A stretch of DNA of 64,000 nt from the NCBI GenBank assembly GCA_041675145.1, contig JBAYUK010000001.1, positions 11,822 to 75,821 of the forward strand, in the 5' to 3' direction. The translations under genes were made by a program, and so were the position numbers. Origin of the DNA: Patescibacteria group bacterium. GTDB taxonomy: Bacteria; Patescibacteriota; JACPGU01. This document shows, in pieces, positions 10,247 through 19,053 of this stretch (within the stretch, counting starts at the first letter, position 1; each line of letters starts with the position of its first letter). The notes below the pieces were generated by a model, which had not been told where the DNA came from, did no database searches, and was given only the letters and a program-made list of their open reading frames with translations.

Positions 10247-10282
10247 ACCGCCCGGTGGAACAATCCACCGAGGCGGTTTTTT
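10247..10282 (+). terminator. Rho-independent terminator
   Basis: ccgcccggtggaacaatccaccgaggcgg hairpin plus T6. Same core as the terminator at 12931. Confidence 0.55.
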
Positions 10283-10430
10283 ATTATACATTAACAAGTA
10301 GGGTCTATTCTTTGATTATTATCGCCATAAGCAATAAAAAGTTATATAATGTAGATATCATCAATCGGATGTGAACCTTTACATCATGCGTTAGATATAT
10401 GCCTTGAAATTCAAAAGAGAGGAGGGGTTT

Positions 10431-11150
10431 ATGACTCCTAATAAACAAGACCCTGTTCCTGAAAGATTAGGGAAGAGGGAAGTATGGAAGCAGGTTATCC
10501 AGCCATTTAAAGAAGACCCTGAAAACATGAGGGGCAGGATAGATTGTGGATACCTGCTTGAGGAATGTGTGGTTGAGCAACTGCGTGGGGCAACAAGACA
10601 GGGGAGTAAGCTTCCTATGTTTCACGAAGTGGTACGACATGACCCTAACTCATTTGAGGACAGGCAAGGTAAGGATATTACTCTGACATGGTTTGACGAG
10701 GATGGGCTCAAAATGAAGACATCCATCGGCATTACCATGAATAAAAGTAGTTTCAAAAGGTTTCAAAAGAAACACCCTGGGGTGCAGATATTTCACTTTC
10801 CAATCGAAGTTTCGTTTGAGACTATGGAGCGCGAAATCCTTGAATACTGCTGCCAGGAGAGTCTGCGTTACCGACAGGTAATTAAGATGATTTCTGGCAA
10901 GGAGAATGCCGACATTTGCTACATAGAGGATGCAGAGCCAAAAAAGATTCGGGAGTTTATCCTGGACAAAACACCTCTTGTGGTCTTCAAGTGCACAACA
11001 GGTCTTATGTACCGAGCACGACTAGTGGAGATGCTATCGGTTATGCCGACTGGCATGGCGCTAGTCTACTTAGGTAGAAAAGACTCAGAGATTAACTTTC
11101 TCGACTGGGAGAGTTGCCTGAGAGCTTTTTTTGTCGTAGATCAGGAATAA
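10431..11150 (+). CDS. Hypothetical cytoplasmic protein
   Basis: ORF 10404..11150. Preferred start is ATG 10431 (MTPNKQ) with GAGAGGAGGGG upstream. No family assignment. Confidence 0.5.
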   Translation: MTPNKQDPVPERLGKREVWKQVIQPFKEDPENMRGRIDCGYLLEECVVEQLRGATRQGSKLPMFHEVVRHDPNSFEDRQGKDITLTWFDEDGLKMKTSIGITMNKSSFKRFQKKHPGVQIFHFPIEVSFETMEREILEYCCQESLRYRQVIKMISGKENADICYIEDAEPKKIREFILDKTPLVVFKCTTGLMYRARLVEMLSVMPTGMALVYLGRKDSEINFLDWESCLRAFFVVDQE

Positions 11151-11198
11151 ACCCAGACGGCAGGGTATGCCGAATACACAAGGAAAAAGGAGACGGAA

Positions 11199-11540
11199 AT
11201 GAACGGAGAATCACTTCAATTGCTGGATATGGAGAAACACATCAAAGAGGAGCTGGCCACGCATGTTCGGGTTTACTTTCGAACCAGCGCAGCAATCCGG
11301 ATGGCTAACCTTGCAGAGGCCACAAGGGTGGCTACATACCTTAATGACGCCGTGCTTGAGGAGATTCAAACGCGGATCATCTGTGGCGGTGAGTCGACCG
11401 GGATGACCTCAAATGAGATTCAAAGGCGGCAGATTGCCATCACGACGATTCTTAAAGGTCTTACACCACAATCTGGCAACGAAAATCTGGATAGCGACAG
11501 AGTGAAGTCAGTTGTGGATGAACTGTATGTCCTGTATTAA
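11199..11540 (+). CDS. Hypothetical protein (113 aa)
   Basis: ORF with AAGGAGACGG upstream; no family. Confidence 0.45.
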   Translation: MNGESLQLLDMEKHIKEELATHVRVYFRTSAAIRMANLAEATRVATYLNDAVLEEIQTRIICGGESTGMTSNEIQRRQIAITTILKGLTPQSGNENLDSDRVKSVVDELYVLY

Positions 11541-11560
11541 ACAGGGGAAAGGAGTCTTTC

Positions 11561-12526
11561 ATGGACTTTTGGAATACACCACTCCCACCATGGGGCATGG
11601 TTATTATCGTAATCGCACTGATTGCGGTTGTGACCAGCCTCATCTACTGGGCAAAACATGCGTTGGATGTACGTATCCAACGCAACCTCGTCAAAGAGCG
11701 TGAGAAGGCGGTAACCCCTCCTTCCAAGTCTCCGGAAGAAATCGAGTACAACCGGATGTGCGAATCTCTGGTCGCGGCTGCCGAGAGAACAAGATCAGAG
11801 CAAGAGGAAAGTCTCTCCCAGTCTTCGGTGCGAACAGTGCAGGCTCACTTTGAGGCTTGCGGGATCGAGGATCTCCTGGTCTACCGAGACTCGATAATCA
11901 AACACGACCCCGCTCCACTCAGTCTCGCATGGGGGGAGGGAAGAGTATCTTTTGACAGACCACGCTTCGATGACAGCAATGAGCATGGAGAAAAGTATCT
12001 CCCGAATGTCTACACCCAATATTTCGTGCAAGACCGTGATGCTTTCACGCCGAGCGTGTACCAGTTTGTAAAACCCACGAAAGAACACGCAATCAAGATT
12101 CAGTTCAGGATTCTCGAAGGGAATAGCCGAGACAGCCTTTCAAGAAGGTTCTTCGTAAACCTGTTCTGTTCTCCAAAGGACGACTTCACCACTCCGGAAT
12201 ATCTCGCGCTTCAGCTCTACGCCAGCGGCAAATACAGCGTCGAAGTTGTAGCTGCTGCCACCCATGAGCTGATGGCGCTTATCGAGAAAGCTCCGGCTGA
12301 AGTCGAGGACGCCTACAAGCTTGCTCTGTACTTTGACACCGTTTGGTTGCGGGCAGTGGCCGAGATGCTAGGCGGGTGGTACTACCGGGAAAAGGGTTTC
12401 CCCAGACATGAAGCAGTGAAGCTTGCCTGCGAGTTATGGATCAGTCTTATGAGTCACATGCACGGGGATGATCTGCGTTGGACCTTGGCTACCCTGACCA
12501 CAGTGGAGCGAACAAAGGAGCGCTAA
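11561..12526 (+). CDS. Hypothetical membrane-anchored protein, paralog 3
   Basis: 321 aa. N-terminal TM (MVIIVIALIAVVTSLIYW), then 'TPEYLALQLYASG', 'APAEVEDAYKLALYFDTVWLRAVAEML' and 'ACELWISLMSHMHGDDLRW', co-linear with paralogs 1 and 2. Confidence 0.55.
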   Translation: MDFWNTPLPPWGMVIIVIALIAVVTSLIYWAKHALDVRIQRNLVKEREKAVTPPSKSPEEIEYNRMCESLVAAAERTRSEQEESLSQSSVRTVQAHFEACGIEDLLVYRDSIIKHDPAPLSLAWGEGRVSFDRPRFDDSNEHGEKYLPNVYTQYFVQDRDAFTPSVYQFVKPTKEHAIKIQFRILEGNSRDSLSRRFFVNLFCSPKDDFTTPEYLALQLYASGKYSVEVVAAATHELMALIEKAPAEVEDAYKLALYFDTVWLRAVAEMLGGWYYREKGFPRHEAVKLACELWISLMSHMHGDDLRWTLATLTTVERTKER

Positions 12527-12560
12527 TAACCAATAGCGTCTCTCAACACAACATGCCGTA

Positions 12561-12911
12561 ATGGTAGAAAGGAAGTATATGGAAAGCCTACTGTTGGTGG
12601 CCCTGATCATTCTTCTGGCAACTCGTGGCTTTCGGGCGACATTTAGCCATGATGGCCAGGAGAGTGATCCTTCGCTTTGCGAACACTACTTTGGCGTCTT
12701 GGACAATGCTCCGGTTCCTCTTGGATACAACGTGTGCGAGTTGCGTGCATTTGGCCAGAAAGTCCGTGTTGCTTTTAAGGGATCAACGGATCTTATGAAA
12801 GGAGAAGGAAAGTTGGTCTTTGATGTGCCTAATGAAACTAGGCTTCCTTTTCCTCCAGGTCGCCTCGTTGTATGGAGACAAGAAGGACTGTGGGTATTTC
12901 GCCCCTTTTAA
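12561..12911 (+). CDS. Small secreted or anchored hypothetical protein
   Basis: 116 aa with N-terminal hydrophobic segment LLLVALIILLATRGF. Confidence 0.45.
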   Translation: MVERKYMESLLLVALIILLATRGFRATFSHDGQESDPSLCEHYFGVLDNAPVPLGYNVCELRAFGQKVRVAFKGSTDLMKGEGKLVFDVPNETRLPFPPGRLVVWRQEGLWVFRPF

Positions 12912-12930
12912 GGGGTTTCTGATAGGGTTT

Positions 12931-12967
12931 AACCCTGCCCGGTGGAGCAATCTACCGGGTATTTTTA
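12931..12967 (+). terminator. Rho-independent terminator
   Basis: ccctgcccggtggagcaatctaccgggt hairpin followed by atttttat. Paralogous to the 10247 terminator. Confidence 0.5.
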
Positions 12968-13518
12968 TGTCAAAATGGTACTATTGACACGAATAGGGTA
13001 TTAGTGTTTTAGTATGGATTTTCTAGGATGTGATAAAAAAAGGGCATAGAGGCAGGTAGGGTAGGGAAATGAAGGGAGTTATATGAAAAACAAATATAAA
13101 AAATTTATATGGAATATTTTTTGAGACAGAAGTTTTGAGGGGATAGTCCACAGTTACCAGAAGGGTGTGGATAACATATGTCGCACAATGTATCTTATGC
13201 GACATAAAGCAGGGGTTTCTGGGGGAAAGCTGGGGCTTGCATGTGGTACGGATTTTGGTGTGTATTTTGCATTGGAATTACTCTTAAAAAAAATAAATTT
13301 ATATTTTTGTATTTCATACTTCTCTCTCAAACTATCTCTCTTTTTTTATAATCATACTTCCCCACCGATTTCTAAATTTTGAGTCTAGGCACCCATAGGT
13401 CCACTTCTTCTTTTTTTAGACAAAATAATAGCGCAGTTTTTAGGCTGCGCCCCGCGAATGCGGATCAAATAGTTCCCCCTACGACGAGACGGAGGCTACC
13501 GTCTCAATTAAAGCCGTA

Positions 13519-13959
13519 CTATGGAGTTTGGATGGTGGTTACTGGGTATTCTTCCAGCAAGAACAGTCCCTGGTTGAGTGTTATAAGACAGGTTTTCCCA
13601 TGGTCGTACTTATTGATATGTGTCTCGATAAGCTCAGTTAGTCTTGGGACAGATATTTCCATGCACTCTACCCAGACCCGAGGCTTGTAGTCGCCCTCTG
13701 CTGTGATGATTGTTTCAACAGTAGTCCTTGGTATGTTGCGCTGAAAAATTTCAAGCCTGGTTGTGGCAGTGATGTACTTGCGATTTAAAACCGACAAGAA
13801 TAGGAAATCTAGTTCCTTAGCCGCTGTCAGTTTGAAGTGATCGATTGCAGACTGGATCAGGTCTTTTGCATTGAATACATCAGATTCTTCCTGAATCACC
13901 AGGTCTCCAGCATCGTTGATGCTGGTAACGAATTTTGATCTTGGTTCCATAGCTACCAC
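13519..13959 (-). CDS. Hypothetical protein (146 aa)
   Basis: Clean ORF with no family. Confidence 0.5.
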   Translation of the reverse strand: MVAMEPRSKFVTSINDAGDLVIQEESDVFNAKDLIQSAIDHFKLTAAKELDFLFLSVLNRKYITATTRLEIFQRNIPRTTVETIITAEGDYKPRVWVECMEISVPRLTELIETHINKYDHGKTCLITLNQGLFLLEEYPVTTIQTP

Positions 13960-14156
13960 CTTTCGTTGTTTTTGTGGGTTGTCTCAAAGCATGGCTCAAG
14001 CATATTCCCCGGTGTTTTTCGGTATATGCTGTATACCATAAATATCACAAGCGGAATGGAAATTCCTGCAAGAAAAATAAGGAACAACGCACAAACAATA
14101 ACTAACCAAAAACATCCTGGACTGGTCTTTCTCTGGGTTTGGTATCCATGTCGCAC
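13953..14156 (-). CDS. Possible small 2-TM membrane protein with GTG start
   Basis: 67 aa with two hydrophobic helices. Start overlaps the ATGTCGCACAAT motif and the ORF overlaps the downstream gene by 7 nt. Confidence 0.3.
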   Translation of the reverse strand: MRHGYQTQRKTSPGCFWLVIVCALFLIFLAGISIPLVIFMVYSIYRKTPGNMLEPCFETTHKNNERW

Positions 14157-14272
14157 AATATTGCTCCTTCTCTGTGTTGTTTAGGTTCGCTTAAGCGTAC
14201 TGCTTGTGGTTATTGTATCATAGGTACTATAAAAGCGCTATTTCTAGCGCTTTTATAGTGTTTCTTGTCTAA

Positions 14273-14827
14273 TTATTCAGCAAATCCCATAGCGGCAGAC
14301 TCGATTGCTGCCCAGTTGGTTTCTTCACCAGCTGGTAGTGCAATGGTTACCTGGTCGCCAGGAGAGATTTTATAATAGGTGACGGATGCGAGGAGAACCT
14401 TGTAGGTCTTCCCTTCTGCCATTACCTTATAATTGCCGTCTTCATATACAAGAGAACCTACCACACGACGGCGATCAATTTGCTTGATCTGTTTGTACTT
14501 AAACGTACCGTCGTCTTCAATAGTGAGTTTGAGAGTATCTCCGGGTACAAATTTGGATTTACTGGCATAATTAGCCGGCACAGGATATTTTTTCTTATCC
14601 GATCCAATCATCATTTCGCCGTCAAAAATACCTTCGATTACTTTCCCTTCGGTAATAATCGAGAGACCTTCAGCTCGAGAGCCAAGATCTGCACTTTTGA
14701 GTTTGCGTCCCTTCGTAGGGATACCTGAGAGTTCTGACAATAGTTCACGAGCTGAGCGCAATTGCGCTTCAGCTGATTCGATCAAATGACGCACAGTGTC
14801 GACACTCTGTTGTTCATCTCGTAGCAT
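14273..14827 (-). CDS. Hypothetical protein (184 aa)
   Basis: Coiled-coil-like N-terminus; no family. Confidence 0.5.
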   Translation of the reverse strand: MLRDEQQSVDTVRHLIESAEAQLRSARELLSELSGIPTKGRKLKSADLGSRAEGLSIITEGKVIEGIFDGEMMIGSDKKKYPVPANYASKSKFVPGDTLKLTIEDDGTFKYKQIKQIDRRRVVGSLVYEDGNYKVMAEGKTYKVLLASVTYYKISPGDQVTIALPAGEETNWAAIESAAMGFAE

Positions 14828-14981
14828 TGTTGCCCCTTCCCTATTTATTTAGTGGTATGTATCTTGGTTTGTAACCCGGCTTTTCACCTGGTTTTCAAGA
14901 TTAATCACATTATACCATAGAAACTAAATATATGCAAGGGTTTTAAATAGTGCAACAGATATGAGTATCTTAATTATTATC

Positions 14982-15698
14982 TTATATCTGATTAGGTACT
15001 GTCGGCGTTGGTTCATTGGTAGGCAATGTAGTACCGCTTCCTGTGCCAGTATTATTTACATCTGGATTTTGTCTGAAGTTTGGATCTGTGACTGGAGACC
15101 CAAGATTAACTCCGCCTGTAGCTGGTGTTACAGGAGAACCAATATCAACTCCAGTAGTACCGGGTAGATGCTGGTCGACTGGCGTTCCACCATCTCCACT
15201 GGGTGTTGGAGTAGGAGCTGGGTTACTTGTCGCAGGAGTTGCGCCGTTTAAGATCAGGTTGTTGGTATATGCCACTAGCGCATAGGACATCATTGCAATA
15301 ACTCCCCCAATAATGGCACCGGAGAGAGCCTTCTTCGCGGTCTCAACTTTCTTTGAGTCCCCTGCTGATGACGTGTACATGAGCCCGGATACAATAATCA
15401 TGAGTACCATAATGAGCGATGAGATTCCCAGAAGGTAGCCAAGAATTTTCTGTGCAAAACACAAGATAAGTGCCCTTCCATCGCCGTCGTTGGCTGCAGT
15501 TGCACACTTCAAGTCGTGTTGGTCTGCAGAAGTAGCGTTTTTCAATACTTCGTCAGGAGTAGCTGGGGTATCTGCACTAATATGTGCTTGTTCTGGTACT
15601 GAACTGAAACCAACAGCGCTCGCATATACCGGTGTAATGCCGAAGTTTACTCCAAGTAGTAGTGCTGTAAACGAAAGGATAAGTATGTGTTTTTTCAT
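14982..15698 (-). CDS. Secreted membrane protein with VirB2/TrbC-pilin-like topology and a Pro/Thr/Gly-rich tail
   Basis: Signal peptide MKKHILILSFTALLLGVNFGITPVYASA. A Cys pair is followed by two hydrophobic helices (ILGYLLGISSLIMVLMIIVSGLMY, IIGGVIAMMSYALVAYT) separated by a ~20-aa loop, then an ~80-aa PT-rich low-complexity tail. Lies 8 nt downstream of ATPase paralog B. Confidence 0.4.
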   Translation of the reverse strand: MKKHILILSFTALLLGVNFGITPVYASAVGFSSVPEQAHISADTPATPDEVLKNATSADQHDLKCATAANDGDGRALILCFAQKILGYLLGISSLIMVLMIIVSGLMYTSSAGDSKKVETAKKALSGAIIGGVIAMMSYALVAYTNNLILNGATPATSNPAPTPTPSGDGGTPVDQHLPGTTGVDIGSPVTPATGGVNLGSPVTDPNFRQNPDVNNTGTGSGTTLPTNEPTPTVPNQI

Positions 15699-15706
15699 AG
15701 TGTTTG

Positions 15707-18211
15707 TTAGCCGGCTCGTAGTCTAATTTCTTCTTCGACAATATCACGGTCGCGTCCGTATTTCAATCGAGATAATTGTGTAATTGCCTCAACCAGTTTC
15801 TGGTTTGGTGGTGGCACTTTACTCATATCTTTAAAGTGGTTCAGAGAAAAGGCACGCAAGCTGGTGTTGTTTGCCAGAAGCTTAATATATGAGTTGAAAG
15901 CCTCAACATTGATCAGGTCGTTAACTGAGAATACCGGATCATAGACCTTAGCCATCTCCTCTGCGTCATCTACGCCGATTCGAAATGAGACCATAGTACC
16001 GGCATTACCAAACACAGCGTCATGTATTTGGGTGTTATTATTCTGTGTGAGCTGTCCAATGTACTGATGAGCAACCGTTAGAGCCAGGCCGTACTTGCGT
16101 GCCTCAGACAGGATGTCAGCCACTGCTTTGGTTGAGAAGTTCTGGAACTCGTCCATATATAAGTAAAAGGTCTTACGATCGGCTTCCTTCATATCTGCAC
16201 GACTCATAGCGGCAAGGTAAATCTTAGAGACCATGATAAGGCCTAGAAGAGACATATTCTCCTCCCCTATTCGGCCCTTCGATAAGTTTAAGAGGAGGAT
16301 CTTTTGGTTGTCCATAATCTCACGCACATTAAATGCGCTTTTTTGTTGGGCAATGATCGGGCGCATAATGTCGTTGGCTATAAACTTCGTCATCTTTGAA
16401 GTTACATATGGTACGACATTGGCAAGAGCTGCCTCCCCTCCTGCTTTCTCTGCTTCTTTAAGCCAGTAGTTTTTGATAATAGGGTTTTGACACTTTGAGA
16501 TTTTGTATGCTCTGAAATCTTCGTCGGAAAGTACTTTTGGAATTTCCATTAGGGTCGATCCACTTTCTACATCTTCCATAACGAGTAAGGCGGCGTTTCT
16601 GAAATATTGCTCAAACATCGGTCCACCAGTAGACTTTAAGTCGTAGAGTTTATCAAAGACATTCATAAGTTCTGAAACTGCCAGAGACCGTTCCTCGGGA
16701 CTATTAAATTCAAGTAAGTTGAGTCCCATTGGTCTCTCATAGTCACCGGGGTTGAAGATAATAACATCTTCTGCCCGTTCGCGTGGGATTTGCTGTAGTA
16801 TGCGGTCAATAGATTCGCCGTGCGGATCGATATAGCAAACTCCCCTGCCTGCTCGAATATCTTGCACACACAGATCCTCAATAAAGGTAGATTTACCCGT
16901 ACCAGACTTACCAATTACATACATATGGCGCATCCGATCCTCTGGTCTCATATAGACTGGAGTGCGCACACCACGAAAAATATTAGTACCAAGGTATAGA
17001 CCCTCTTTAGGTACTTCTGGTGGTGCCGGAGCTCGTTTCGAGGTGAGCCATTTAATGCTTGGCGTTTCTGTATTGCGATTTGGGAGGTGGAATAGGCTCG
17101 CTAACTCATCGCAGTTTAAGATGGACTTTGAGCCGTCATATGGCATTGCTCTGAAGATAAAGTCCTGGGTAATCTGTGTATCTGATCTGCCTTTTACTCG
17201 AATGAGCTTGTTCCCGGTTGGGCTATTGAAGACCGTAAAGGAACTGAGGATATTAGCTAGATGCATCTTCGAGTTGGCAACTTCAGGGCTCGCCACTACT
17301 ACGCGAATAACGGTTTCAAAGCCAACCAAAGAAGCCTTCTCCCCTATCATCTTTATCTTTTGTTCGGTTATAGGCGAGAGAGTTTTTTGTTTTTCTTCCT
17401 TATATTCCTCCGTCTTAGAGGCAGCAGAAGCTAAAGTCTTGCCGAAGCTCAAACTACCCTCCCCTATTTTTTTCCATGTGAGGTCTCCTCCTGAAATCTT
17501 CTTCCCTTCTTGGAGCTGCTTGATATGGAATTCAGATCCCTTATGCCAGGTATTTTTAGCCGGTCGAATCAAAAACTGAATGGATGCTGCTTCCCCACTG
17601 GCTAGCTTTGAAAGTGACGACGTAATGGTATTAAGTGTATCTGTCTCAAATTCCTTATATGTTTTAATCGGCAACGAAACAACATCAGAAAGCGTAAGCT
17701 CTGCTGTCTGAACTTTGGTGGTGTCTGAGAAAATATTGTACCTTTCTACTTCTTCCATGTAGGCATCCGGATAAAAGCTATGGATTTGTTTTTCAACGAG
17801 ATCGACGAGTTCCTGTGGTACGGCAACATAGAAGGTAATTACACCGTCAATTGAGGCTATTTCAAATGAAACATGCGCCCCTTTCTTATACCATGACTTG
17901 TTCAGCTGAGTGTCCGCTATAGAATAGAGCGATGAAAACATCTGAGAGGCACGAGCAACCAAGTCTTTTGGATCTTTTTTACTCTCCTCTTCATCACGAC
18001 TCGATTTTTTTGGTACTAAGATCTGGAGCAGTACCATGTTGACTGAGCGAGAAATCTTCCCCTTCTCATACCGGTACTCTTGCAGGATCTGGTAGAGCAA
18101 GACTGCACAGAGTACAAAAAGCCCTGCTCCGATTAAGGCATAAAAAAGAACCAACGGATTTATTCCCGCAGACCCAGCATCAAAACTTGTAGCATTGTAC
18201 GATACCGCCAT
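15707..18211 (-). CDS. Membrane-anchored TrwB/TraD/VirD4-superfamily P-loop ATPase, paralog B
   Basis: 834 aa. N-terminal TM. 'MYVIGKSGTGKSTFIEDLCVQDIRAGRGVCYIDPHGESIDRIL...VIIFNPGDYERPMGLNLLE' is co-linear with paralog A, the N-terminal domains are also similar, and 'LYMDEFQNF' is present. Confidence 0.6.
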   Translation of the reverse strand: MAVSYNATSFDAGSAGINPLVLFYALIGAGLFVLCAVLLYQILQEYRYEKGKISRSVNMVLLQILVPKKSSRDEEESKKDPKDLVARASQMFSSLYSIADTQLNKSWYKKGAHVSFEIASIDGVITFYVAVPQELVDLVEKQIHSFYPDAYMEEVERYNIFSDTTKVQTAELTLSDVVSLPIKTYKEFETDTLNTITSSLSKLASGEAASIQFLIRPAKNTWHKGSEFHIKQLQEGKKISGGDLTWKKIGEGSLSFGKTLASAASKTEEYKEEKQKTLSPITEQKIKMIGEKASLVGFETVIRVVVASPEVANSKMHLANILSSFTVFNSPTGNKLIRVKGRSDTQITQDFIFRAMPYDGSKSILNCDELASLFHLPNRNTETPSIKWLTSKRAPAPPEVPKEGLYLGTNIFRGVRTPVYMRPEDRMRHMYVIGKSGTGKSTFIEDLCVQDIRAGRGVCYIDPHGESIDRILQQIPRERAEDVIIFNPGDYERPMGLNLLEFNSPEERSLAVSELMNVFDKLYDLKSTGGPMFEQYFRNAALLVMEDVESGSTLMEIPKVLSDEDFRAYKISKCQNPIIKNYWLKEAEKAGGEAALANVVPYVTSKMTKFIANDIMRPIIAQQKSAFNVREIMDNQKILLLNLSKGRIGEENMSLLGLIMVSKIYLAAMSRADMKEADRKTFYLYMDEFQNFSTKAVADILSEARKYGLALTVAHQYIGQLTQNNNTQIHDAVFGNAGTMVSFRIGVDDAEEMAKVYDPVFSVNDLINVEAFNSYIKLLANNTSLRAFSLNHFKDMSKVPPPNQKLVEAITQLSRLKYGRDRDIVEEEIRLRAG

Positions 18212-18345
18212 TGATGTGTGTGTTGGTGGTGTATTGCTTATATAGTACCTCCCCTCCCCTGATTTGTATAGAGGAAATTATCTAGACATACTAGAGTAAA
18301 TAGTATATAATTTAGATACAAATAAAAGGAAAGAAGGTCTTTGAC

Positions 18346-18831
18346 ATGAAACGTATCGTATTTCTCCCAATTATGGTGCTGGCAGTCATAGTGCTTGTTG
18401 CACCAACCCCCTCTTCTGCAGATCAAGCAGAAAAGTTAGAAGGTTTTTTCATGCTCACTACCAACAACCAGTTAGGGCAAGCGTTTGAAAGAGCGTATGT
18501 GAAGCTTCATCGCGAAGGCAATCTCGTTGAAGAGTTGTGTGCTGAGGTGCTTGATCAACAGCCACAACCTCATAGCTCAAACACCCATGTGGCGACCTAC
18601 GATGTTATGCCAGTCATAACACTTCTCAAACTCACCAACGACGGCTTGTGCCCAAAGAACGGAATTGTTGTCTCAAAGTTGCGTTTTCGTAACAATAAGG
18701 CTTTGAGAATCAAAAAGAATATCTTTTACAGCCAGATGTCCCATGCCTGCATGTTTGCAGCTGACCCTGATATTCCTGAAAGTTGGAAGCCGGCAGCAGC
18801 AGCGCTGTGCAAGCGTCACCCAATGTATTAA
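18346..18831 (+). CDS. Secreted Cys-containing hypothetical protein
   Basis: Signal peptide MKRIVFLPIMVLAVIVLVAPTPSSA. Transcribed divergently from ATPase paralog B. Confidence 0.5.
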   Translation: MKRIVFLPIMVLAVIVLVAPTPSSADQAEKLEGFFMLTTNNQLGQAFERAYVKLHREGNLVEELCAEVLDQQPQPHSSNTHVATYDVMPVITLLKLTNDGLCPKNGIVVSKLRFRNNKALRIKKNIFYSQMSHACMFAADPDIPESWKPAAAALCKRHPMY

Positions 18832-18870
18832 CTCTCTCCGCACTATGCGCGTATCTCGTAAAAAACAAAG

Positions 18871-18896
18871 GCCACCCTCCGGGGTGGCTTTTTTTG
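18871..18896 (+). terminator. Rho-independent terminator
   Basis: gccaccctccggggtggc hairpin plus T7. Confidence 0.65.
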
Positions 18897-19053
18897 ATTT
18901 CCTTACTTGGTTTTCTCTTCTTATGTTTAAGCACATAAGAGAATAATATTGACATAATCTATGAATAATGTTATTATGCATAAAGGCATTCCAGGTATTA
19001 CGAGACTGATGTCGGTCACCGACACTGAACTCTGAGCCTACAGGAGGTATGCC

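Noticed and set aside
12912-13518. tRNA or other RNA gene in the long AT-rich intergenic region
   Set aside because: No cloverleaf-compatible segment found by eye (no GTTCNANNC T-loop with matching acceptor stem). Left as unexplained AT-rich spacer with the ATGTCGCACAAT motif.
16962-17579. 205-aa + strand ORF inside ATPase paralog B
   Set aside because: Antisense to a conserved P-loop ATPase domain. Pro/Ser/Arg-rich and no start context.
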